Assembly (NCBI RefSeq): GCF_018336915.1 | Contig: NZ_CP064923.1 | Coordinates: 1,620,001 to 1,652,000, forward strand | DNA from: Acaryochloris marina S15 | GTDB lineage: Bacteria > Cyanobacteriota > Cyanobacteriia > Thermosynechococcales > Thermosynechococcaceae | Length of the DNA: 32,000 bases | Direction of reading: 5' to 3' | Shown here: one piece after another, positions 1 to 7,463 of the stretch | How positions within the stretch are numbered: the stretch's first letter is position 1 | Layout of the letters: each line of letters begins with the position of its first letter | Translations under genes and position numbers: made by a program | The notes under the pieces: generated by a model | Seen by the model: only the letters and a program-made list of their open reading frames with translations | The model's database searches: none | Told to the model about the DNA's origin: nothing

Positions 1-270
1 CGATGCCAAAATTACCCCTGCGGCAATAAACGGGAAGCGGCTACCTAGCCAGCGCTGGGCGCGATCGGAGTAGTTCCCCATTAGGGGTTCCATGAGCATT
101 GCCAGGCCGTTTTCCAGCAGTAAGATACCCGTGACAAAGACAGAGGTAAATCCAAACTCACCTAGCAGTTTTCCCAGGTAAAGGTTGTAGATCACCCACA
201 TCAATACAATCGCTCCTTGGACTAGGGCCAGGGCAAAGACTTGTACCCACAGAATTCTTTGCTGTTGCAA
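1..270 (-). CDS. MFS-type transporter, N-terminal part (the gene starts in the window and runs off the left edge)
   Basis: Absent from the ORF track because it is open at the window edge. My minus-strand translation from TTG 270..268 has no stop: LQQQRILWVQVFALALVQGAIVLMWVIYNLYLGKLLGEFGFTSVFVTGILLLENGLAMLMEPLMGNYSDRAQRWLGSRFPFIAAGVILAS. It shows hydrophobic helices followed by a G-x-x-S-D-R-x-x-R loop, like the MFS TM2-TM3 motif. An in-frame TAG at 294..292 limits the start. There is no ATG, so the TTG start is assumed. Purine-rich GAGAAGGGA lies just upstream. Confidence 0.5.
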   Translation of the reverse strand, partial: MQQQRILWVQVFALALVQGAIVLMWVIYNLYLGKLLGEFGFTSVFVTGILLLENGLAMLMEPLMGNYSDRAQRWLGSRFPFIAAGVILAS

Positions 271-516
271 AATTTGTATTCCCTTCTCTTGCTATGGGGT
301 AAAGTGACTTGAAACCAACGTTCTTATCTGATTAAAAGTTTCTCACTCTATCACCAACCAGATGCTGTATCAGGCTTTTTCTTTTTTTATGGCAGCATAG
401 ATGCCCAGTAAGCTTGCCCATTTCATTCCCCTGAAACAAACAGATCAACACCCGATTTAAGTATTGATGCCAAAGTTGTAGAAAAGCTTCAGTTCTCGTC
501 ATTCTGCGCTTTTATA

Positions 517-1332
517 TCACTCTAGAACTAGCCTTTGAAACTCCTTCAACGTTTGAAAATACCGTTCACCTGCGACTTGCGAGAAATTATTGTGACCGGC
601 CTCTGCAACCCATAAGGATCGTTTGGGTCCAGATGCTGCCTCGAATAACCGTCGGCCCTGTTCAATGGGAATCACCTGATCGTTTTCTCCATGCATCACC
701 AGCACGGGAGCTTTGACTTGCTTTAATCTGTCCAGACTGGTGAACTTATCGAAGGGCAAAATCGGAATCGGCACCACCACTCGAAAGATGGAAGTAAATG
801 TGCTTTCCAAGATCACTCCCGCCACTGGATACTGGGTGGCCAAATACACCGCAGATCCGCCTCCCAGGGAGCGCCCCTTTACTAACAGCCGATTAGGCTT
901 TACCCCCAACTCTTTGGTCAGATAGGCATAGGCTTGCTTTGCATCTTCATAGGCATTGCTTTCACTGGGGTGACCATCACTGGTGCCATAGCCTCTGTAA
1001 TCGTAGGCAAACACGCTCAGGCCAGATTGCTGAAGCTGTTCTAGCCGGGGCCGGATATCTCCCAAATCTTCTGCATTGCCGTGGATATACAGCAACGTAA
1101 AAGTCGCATCGGGATTGGGGAAATAGAGGGCCGAGATCTCTTCCTGGTTGGTGACCGGAAGCTTGATCACCTCATCTGTATCTCGGTAGCTTGGGGACTG
1201 AGGCAGGAAAATCATGCTGTCCGCTTTGAAAAAGATATAGAGCGCAAAGCAACCGTAGATAAAGATGGGGGCCAGAATCAGTCTTTGCCAACTGAAAGAC
1301 CCCAGCAAAATTTGTCGATAGTTTAACTTCAC
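517..1332 (-). CDS. alpha/beta-fold hydrolase (ABHD12/13/BEM46-like serine hydrolase) with an N-terminal membrane anchor
   Basis: 271-aa ORF. It has an HGNAED oxyanion region, a nucleophile elbow GRSLGGG (G-x-S-x-G), and later HGENDQVIP and AGHNN that fit the acid and His of the triad. The N-terminal segment LILAPIFIYGCFALYIFF is hydrophobic. Confidence 0.9.
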   Translation of the reverse strand: MKLNYRQILLGSFSWQRLILAPIFIYGCFALYIFFKADSMIFLPQSPSYRDTDEVIKLPVTNQEEISALYFPNPDATFTLLYIHGNAEDLGDIRPRLEQLQQSGLSVFAYDYRGYGTSDGHPSESNAYEDAKQAYAYLTKELGVKPNRLLVKGRSLGGGSAVYLATQYPVAGVILESTFTSIFRVVVPIPILPFDKFTSLDRLKQVKAPVLVMHGENDQVIPIEQGRRLFEAASGPKRSLWVAEAGHNNFSQVAGERYFQTLKEFQRLVLE

Positions 1333-1432
1333 GATCCTTGTGCCTCAGGTCTTTGATGGGGAGAGCTGCGTTCGTTGCTTCTAGTCTAGGCAATTAAGCT
1401 ATGGTTGAAACGTCAGCAACGCCAGTAAACCT

Positions 1433-1927
1433 ATGAAACTCAGTCGTGAAGAATTAAGCCGTCGCTACGCAGCCGGAGAACGTCGATTTGCCGGAGCCGA
1501 CTTCACTTCCTTAGACCTCCATCAGCTGGATCTGAGCCAAGCCGATTTTAGCGGTGCCGAGTTTTGTAGCTGTAACCTGAGTGAGGTTAACCTCAGCCAA
1601 GCCGATTTGAGTGGGGCTGATTTGAGTGATGCCAATCTCACTAAAAGTGATCTGAATAAAGCCGATTTGAGCGGGGTGGATTTAAGTGAAGCCAACCTGA
1701 CAGCCGCCAACCTCAAGGATGCCGATCTGAGCGGGGTGGATTTAAGTGAAGCGAATCTAACAGATGCAGACCTTCAAAATGCTGACTTGAGCGGGGTCGA
1801 TCTGAGTGAATCCAACTTACAAGGGGCCAATTTGCGAGGGGCTGATATCAGTGGTGCCGATGTTACCAATAGCCGCTACTGCCAAACCATCTTTCCCAGC
1901 GGCAAGATTCGCAATGACCATTGTTGA
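1433..1927 (+). CDS. pentapeptide-repeat protein
   Basis: 164-aa ORF made almost entirely of A(D/N)LxX pentapeptides (ADLSGADLSDANLTKSDLNKADLSGVDLSEANL...). Confidence 0.92.
   Translation: MKLSREELSRRYAAGERRFAGADFTSLDLHQLDLSQADFSGAEFCSCNLSEVNLSQADLSGADLSDANLTKSDLNKADLSGVDLSEANLTAANLKDADLSGVDLSEANLTDADLQNADLSGVDLSESNLQGANLRGADISGADVTNSRYCQTIFPSGKIRNDHC
1661..1840 (+). repeat. three tandem 60-nt coding repeats inside the pentapeptide-repeat gene
   Basis: Units 1661-1720, 1721-1780 and 1781-1840 each begin gc(c/t)ga(t/c)(t/c)tgagcggggt(g/c)ga and encode (A/D)DLSGVDLSE(A/S)NL.... The first two are near-identical at nucleotide level. Confidence 0.85.
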
Positions 1928-2048
1928 ATAGCTCTCCCGATTTTTTGAGGCTAGTTTTGCCATCACCTCATTAGATTCGGCGTTGGCAAACCATTCCGAA
2001 AAGATCAGTATGCTTTCAGGCTCTTATCATGTCGCTCTTGAATAATGG

Positions 2049-4019
2049 GTGGGGTGTGAGTTTGCTTTCTCTGAGATGCTGTATCGACGACCGTTTAGGC
2101 CTCTTCAATCTTTTCTAATTCTATTTTTCAGTATTACTCTCTTACTGACTGGACTCTCCCTTCCATCCCAAGCAGAGATTACTATTGGCCGCAGCTTCGA
2201 TACCGCACCGATTGTGTTGGATGGCAAAGTACTGTTTCACATCAGTAAACTTACTGAATTTTCTGCACAAGACCGAGCTAAACAGGCCAACGATAGCTTA
2301 GCCCAAGCGATACGGGACTTTGCAGCGGCCCAGGATTCCCCTGCCGTTCCAACTGTGGAGGTGACGCCAGGGCCTTTACCCACCTTACGCTTGGCCGACC
2401 GTCACCTATTAACGGTGACTGACCGCGATGTCATGTTGGGTAAGGGAGTGCTTGAGCAGGCGGTTGAGTGGCAAAGCACGATGAATCTAGCGATTGCTAA
2501 GGGGCTCAAGGAACGCACCTTGACCTATCGACAAAAAGCGATCTTCAACAGTGGGGTGGCTGTACTGTTAGCCATCCTCCTCCACTGCGGGATTCAATGG
2601 ATCCGGCTCCGGTGGCGACGGCAGCAGTTGCGAACGATGCAAGATACGAAACGCCCTTTAAAGCTACTGGGATTGACGGGCCTTCAGCTTTTGGTCTGGG
2701 GCGGAGCAGGTTATTATGTCTGCGAATTATTCCCCCAGTTCCGTACCCTGCTGTACTTGGTATTACGGAGTTTTGATGAACCGATATTGATCCTGAAAGA
2801 GCAGGAACAGGGATACGGCATCGTTGACCTGTTGATTGTGATGGGGTTGATTCTGGGGTTGTGGGTGATTGTGCGGGGGTTGACGCTTCTGCTCAAGGCT
2901 AGGATTTTGCCGTTGCTGGGGGTGAATCGGGGATTGCAAGATGCGATCGCAATTCTCACCCAATATGTCCTCACCGGGTTGGGGGTCGTCGTTATCCTCC
3001 AAGTTTTAGGCGTCGATATCAGTGCCCTGTTAATTGTCGGCAGTGCCCTGGGCTTGGGGATTGGTTTTGGTCTCCAAAATATTGTTAGCAACTTTATTAG
3101 TGGTATCATCCTGCTCCTCGATCGTCCCATCGAGGCCGGAGATTTCGTCAAAGTCGGAGATTTAGTCGGCTCCGTCGAGAAAATCGGCACCCGCAGCACC
3201 GAACTGCGCACCCAAGATGAAGTGACGATCATCGTTCCCAACTCCCATTTTTTAGAAAAAGAAGTGGTGAATTGGAACCACAGCAGTTCCGTCTCTCGCC
3301 TGCATCTGCCCGTGGACGTGGCCTATGGTTGTGATGTCGACCGTGTTCAAACCGCCCTTATTGAATCCGTCAGTCATCATCCAGAAGTTTTGGCTCATCC
3401 TCAACCCCAAGTTCAGTTTCTGGGGTTTGGAGAGAGTGCCCTTAACTTTGAAGTCTTGGTGTGGTTTCGCGAACCGCGCCAGCAGTATCGTCTCAAAAGC
3501 GATCTGTACTTTCGTGTCGAATCCATGCTGCGCCAGTACGAGATCGAAGTTCCATTTCCCCAGCGGGATTTGCATGTGCGATCACCTCACCTAGAGCAGC
3601 TGATCGATTTGCTAGTGCAGCAGCGGACGGAAAATGCCCCTCATTTGTATTATCCAGACTCTGTGCGATCCCAATCTTCCCCCCCACCGATCCTTTCTTC
3701 CCCCCCATCTAGTCCTCGATCTATCTCACGGTCCTCTTCTCCAGACATCAACCTGGTAGAACTCGTGGCCCAGATGAAAGGTGACCAGGGACTGAATATT
3801 CAAGATCGCCGTCATCGGTTGAATATTTATCCCCGATGTTTTGTGGGCTCAGAAGCGGTTATTTGGCTTATGCGAACCCAACGGGCCACCCGCAAAGAAG
3901 CCCTGCGTATTGGTCGGCTACTGATGCGAAAGCGGATTATTCATCACGTTTTGGATGAGCATCCCTTTGATGATGCCTACCTGTTCTATCGCTTCTATGA
4001 AGATGAGCAACAAGAATAG
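2049..4019 (+). CDS. MscS-family mechanosensitive channel with a C-terminal DEP domain
   Basis: 656-aa ORF. The MscS core is GSALGLGIGFGLQNIVSNFISGIILLLDRPIEAGDFVKVGDLVGSVEKIGTRSTELRTQDEVTIIVPNS, preceded by several TM helices. A Pro/Ser-rich linker follows, then the DEP-like NIQDRRHRLNIYPRCFVGSEAVIWLMRTQRATRKEALRIGRLLMRKRIIHHVLDEHPFDDAYLFYRF. The track start at 2049 is GTG. ATG at 2076 (MLYRRPFRPLQSFLILFF..., signal-like) is an equally plausible start. Confidence 0.9.
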   Translation: MGCEFAFSEMLYRRPFRPLQSFLILFFSITLLLTGLSLPSQAEITIGRSFDTAPIVLDGKVLFHISKLTEFSAQDRAKQANDSLAQAIRDFAAAQDSPAVPTVEVTPGPLPTLRLADRHLLTVTDRDVMLGKGVLEQAVEWQSTMNLAIAKGLKERTLTYRQKAIFNSGVAVLLAILLHCGIQWIRLRWRRQQLRTMQDTKRPLKLLGLTGLQLLVWGGAGYYVCELFPQFRTLLYLVLRSFDEPILILKEQEQGYGIVDLLIVMGLILGLWVIVRGLTLLLKARILPLLGVNRGLQDAIAILTQYVLTGLGVVVILQVLGVDISALLIVGSALGLGIGFGLQNIVSNFISGIILLLDRPIEAGDFVKVGDLVGSVEKIGTRSTELRTQDEVTIIVPNSHFLEKEVVNWNHSSSVSRLHLPVDVAYGCDVDRVQTALIESVSHHPEVLAHPQPQVQFLGFGESALNFEVLVWFREPRQQYRLKSDLYFRVESMLRQYEIEVPFPQRDLHVRSPHLEQLIDLLVQQRTENAPHLYYPDSVRSQSSPPPILSSPPSSPRSISRSSSPDINLVELVAQMKGDQGLNIQDRRHRLNIYPRCFVGSEAVIWLMRTQRATRKEALRIGRLLMRKRIIHHVLDEHPFDDAYLFYRFYEDEQQE

Positions 4020-4171
4020 TTTGCCAATAATGACCCATTTTTTTCGGATAGCCGTAGAAATATCTAGATTATTTGGCCTGAAATGCTAATCAAAATAGAA
4101 GTTCAATAGTTTTACTGATGCCGAATTGACTGCATTTGAAAGAGCATTGTAGCGTCGCGACACCATGATCC

Positions 4172-6868
4172 GTGCCCCCAGACATCAATGACCCGCAACG
4201 AAAAATCCGGCATCTCCTAATCCTTGAGGATTTGGATGGTTTTCGCTTAGTGCCTTTGGAGGAATCTTCCTATTTTCTAGGCCGCGACGTAACCAATTCT
4301 ATTGTCGTCCGCTCCCAAGGGATTTCTCGTCAGCATGCCTTGTTTTTACGAGTGACTAATGCAGATCCCAATAGCTATGGATTTATGCTCATTGATGGCA
4401 ACTTACAGGGAGAGGCCAGCACGAATGGCACCTCTGTAAATGGCGAGAAATGTGCGTCTACCAAGCTCAATCATGGAGATCGGATTGTATTTGGCCGCCA
4501 AATGAAGGCCAAATATCTAGTTTTAGGGGCATTGACCGATCTCGAATTTGGAGATTTCTGTAAAAACTTTGATTTTGAGGAAGCCGTTACCCGAGATATT
4601 AATCCTCGGGAAACCTTTGTACATGAAGGGGACGACCCTCCTAGTTTCGGAGCAACCTCTTTGGTTCGCTTAGCCTCTTTTCCCGAAATTTTGCCCAGCC
4701 CCATGTTTGAAGTCAACCTCAAAGGAGAGTTGACCTATATCAACCCCGCTGCCCATAATGCCTTTCCCAGCCTGCAAATGCTGGGTGTAGATCATCCAAC
4801 CGTTCATGGGTTAATTTCCTTAACGCAATCTTCTAAACAAAAAATTCTCAGCCGGGAAGTAACGGTTGATCAGCAGGTCTATGAACAGTCCATTCACTTT
4901 ATTTCTGAGAATGGTCTAATTCGCTGTTGCTTATCCGACATCACTGAGCGCAAAAAAGTCGAGGCGGAATTATTCAAGCGTGATCGGTTACTGCAAAGCG
5001 TTGCCGAAGCCACAACCCACCTGTTAGCCAACGCCAGTTATGAAGAAGCGATTGATGCGGCATTAGCCCGATTTGGCACCACCGCCGGGGTGGATCGCAT
5101 CTGTATTAGCGAGAATCATGTGCATGCGGAGACCCATCGGCTAGCCACCAGCATTCGCTATGAATGGACAGGCCCTCAGATTGCTTCGATTCGCCACTTT
5201 GAACATCGCCAAAACCAGCTCTATAGCAATCCTCATCTGCAGCGATGGTACACCACCTTAGCAGGGGGTGCTGCTATTAGCGGGGTCACCCAAGGCTTCT
5301 CGACCGCTGAGCAAACGATGCTTTCCCAAGAGAATGTTCAATCTATTCTGGCGGTTCCCATTATTGTCAAAAATAACTTTTGGGGGTTTGTGGAACTCCA
5401 TGACTGTAATGACAATTACCACTGGTCCGACCAGGAAGAGGCCATTCTACGGACGATGGCAACTAGTGTGAGTGCTGCCTTAGAACGACAAGATAAAGAT
5501 GAGATTATTCATCAGCAGGCCTTTCATGATGCCCTGACGGGACTGCCTAACCGAGTGCTGTTTGCGGAGCGTTTGGATCAAGCGCTGACGGAAGCCCGTC
5601 GCAATCAAGACAATCTGGCAGTCATGTTTATGGATTTGGATAAGTTCAAAACCATCAATGACACCTTGGGCCATTCTGTAGGGGATGAACTGCTAAAAGA
5701 AGTCGCCAATCGTTTGCAACATTGCTTACGGGGCGGAGATACGGTCGCCCGTTGGGGAGGCGATGAGTTTACCCTATTACTGGCGAGTGTCAGAACAGTT
5801 GCCGATGCGACGAGGACGGCTCAACGAATTCTAGATGCCTTCCAAGAAGTGGTGAAAATTGATCATCATGAAATCTATATCAATGCCAGTATCGGTATTG
5901 CTTGCTTCCCGGATGACGGTCAGGAAGCAGAAGTTCTCCTGCAAAATGCCGACGTTGCCTTATATCAATGTAAGGAGCAAGGACGGGGAATTTTCCAAGT
6001 TTATGATGTTGATATGAACTCGGAAGCCACGGAGTTATTTGCCCTGCAAAATGACCTCCGTCATGCTTTAGAACGTCAAGAATTTATGTTGTACTATCAA
6101 CCCCAAATCAATTTGCAGTCAGGGGAAATTACAGGTTTAGAAGCGCTGATTCGGTGGCAACATCCTGAACAAGGTCTGATTTCTCCGGCTACATTTATCC
6201 CGCTTGCCGAAGAGTCGGATCTAATCGTGCAAATTGGCAAATGGGTGTTAGAAGTGGCCTGCAAACAAATCGTGGAATGGCGACAGATCACCGGTATGCC
6301 GTTGACCATTTCCGTCAATTTATCGGCCCGGCAATTTTATGACCCCACCTTGGTGGAAACGATTTCGCAAGTGTTATGGAAAACCAGACTCGATCCGAAG
6401 TATTTGGAATTGGAAATTACCGAAACCATTGCTATTAAGAATATCTCTCTAGCCCAAGAAGTGCTGAAACAGCTTCAAGGGATGGGGATTAAGATTGCCA
6501 TGGATGATTTTGGTACGGGTTTTTCATCTCTCAACTATCTCACTCAGCTCCCCTTAGATACCCTCAAAATTGATCAATCTTTTATCAAACGGTTGACCTC
6601 TGATGCCAAAGAATTAGAGGTGATCAATGCTGTGCTTTCCCTGGGGCGGGGACTGCATTTAAGCGTGGTGGCAGAAGGCGTTGACACCCCTGAACAGTTG
6701 GAGTTGTTAAAAGCTTTGAAATGTGAAACAGTGCAGGGATTCTTGATCAGTCCGCCTCTCCCTGTTCTGGAAGCTACTAGCAAGCTACAGGCTAAAAGCT
6801 TGCCATATCAAACGGTAGAACAGGACATCAAGCAGACCTTGCCCCAACCAGCTTTGCTGGTGAATTGA
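4172..6868 (+). CDS. multidomain c-di-GMP turnover protein: FHA - PAS - GAF - GGDEF - EAL
   Basis: 898-aa ORF with a GTG start. The N-terminal FHA pattern is YFLGRD...ISRQHA...TNGTSVNGEK. The diguanylate cyclase domain is LTGLPNR...RWGGDEF, with RGGD five residues upstream (an RxxD I-site pattern). The EAL domain has EALIRW, ELEITE, DDFGTGFSSLNYL and QGFL. The PAS and GAF assignments for residues about 180-440 are less certain. Confidence 0.92.
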   Translation: MPPDINDPQRKIRHLLILEDLDGFRLVPLEESSYFLGRDVTNSIVVRSQGISRQHALFLRVTNADPNSYGFMLIDGNLQGEASTNGTSVNGEKCASTKLNHGDRIVFGRQMKAKYLVLGALTDLEFGDFCKNFDFEEAVTRDINPRETFVHEGDDPPSFGATSLVRLASFPEILPSPMFEVNLKGELTYINPAAHNAFPSLQMLGVDHPTVHGLISLTQSSKQKILSREVTVDQQVYEQSIHFISENGLIRCCLSDITERKKVEAELFKRDRLLQSVAEATTHLLANASYEEAIDAALARFGTTAGVDRICISENHVHAETHRLATSIRYEWTGPQIASIRHFEHRQNQLYSNPHLQRWYTTLAGGAAISGVTQGFSTAEQTMLSQENVQSILAVPIIVKNNFWGFVELHDCNDNYHWSDQEEAILRTMATSVSAALERQDKDEIIHQQAFHDALTGLPNRVLFAERLDQALTEARRNQDNLAVMFMDLDKFKTINDTLGHSVGDELLKEVANRLQHCLRGGDTVARWGGDEFTLLLASVRTVADATRTAQRILDAFQEVVKIDHHEIYINASIGIACFPDDGQEAEVLLQNADVALYQCKEQGRGIFQVYDVDMNSEATELFALQNDLRHALERQEFMLYYQPQINLQSGEITGLEALIRWQHPEQGLISPATFIPLAEESDLIVQIGKWVLEVACKQIVEWRQITGMPLTISVNLSARQFYDPTLVETISQVLWKTRLDPKYLELEITETIAIKNISLAQEVLKQLQGMGIKIAMDDFGTGFSSLNYLTQLPLDTLKIDQSFIKRLTSDAKELEVINAVLSLGRGLHLSVVAEGVDTPEQLELLKALKCETVQGFLISPPLPVLEATSKLQAKSLPYQTVEQDIKQTLPQPALLVN

Positions 6869-6898
6869 TTCATCGCTTTTAGAGGGCTTGCCCACACC

Positions 6899-7429
6899 AT
6901 GCGAATTCTAGAAACCGAACGGCTGCGGCTGCGACAATTTTGCGCTGGGGATTTAGAGGCCTATGCTGCCATGCTGGCAGATCCTGAGGTCGTGGCTTAT
7001 ATCGGGTCTGGAGAAACCTTATCTCGGACCCAAGCCTGGAAGAACATGGCTATGGTGCTGGGGCATTGGTCTATCCGAGGCTATGGCTTATGGGCAGTGG
7101 AAGAAAAAGCCACCCAAACCCTGATGGGTCGGGTGGGCCTCTACTATCCCGAGGGCTGGCCGGGGTTAGAGGTGGGCTGGATGTTGGCGCGATCCTACTG
7201 GGGATACGGCTATGCCCTAGAAAGTGCGAAGGCGGCTGTAGATGTGGCTTTTAACCAGTTGCAGTGCCCGAAACTCATTAGCTTGATTCATCCCGAGAAT
7301 GTAAGGTCGCAACGGGTCGCCCAACGCTTGGGCAGCCAGAAAACGACAACCCTCACCCTTAACGACCTGCCGATTTGGCAATATGAGCTGTCTCCATCTG
7401 CGGTAAACGGATCTCAAGATCTCCATTGA
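6899..7429 (+). CDS. GNAT-family N-acetyltransferase (RimJ/RimL-like)
   Basis: 176-aa ORF. It opens ILETERLRLRQF...DLEAYAAMLADPEV, then has WAVEEKATQTLMGRVGL, WGYGYALESAKA and HPENVRSQRVAQRLG. This layout is typical of the RimJ/RimL-like GNAT subgroup. Confidence 0.85.
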   Translation: MRILETERLRLRQFCAGDLEAYAAMLADPEVVAYIGSGETLSRTQAWKNMAMVLGHWSIRGYGLWAVEEKATQTLMGRVGLYYPEGWPGLEVGWMLARSYWGYGYALESAKAAVDVAFNQLQCPKLISLIHPENVRSQRVAQRLGSQKTTTLTLNDLPIWQYELSPSAVNGSQDLH

Positions 7430-7463
7430 TCATTACAATGGGGGCAATATCGCTGCAACGTCT

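Noticed and set aside
1433-1927. Periodic repeats that could be mistaken for a CRISPR-like or satellite array
   Set aside because: The periodicity is 15/60 nt, in frame, and encodes canonical pentapeptide repeats. There are no spacer-like unique segments.
2714-3712. Overlapping ORFs on both strands inside the MscS gene, and similar ones inside the FHA-GGDEF-EAL, recG, GT2, kinase and 1030-aa genes
   Set aside because: Each is nested in a gene with strong family motifs in another frame. None has motifs of its own.
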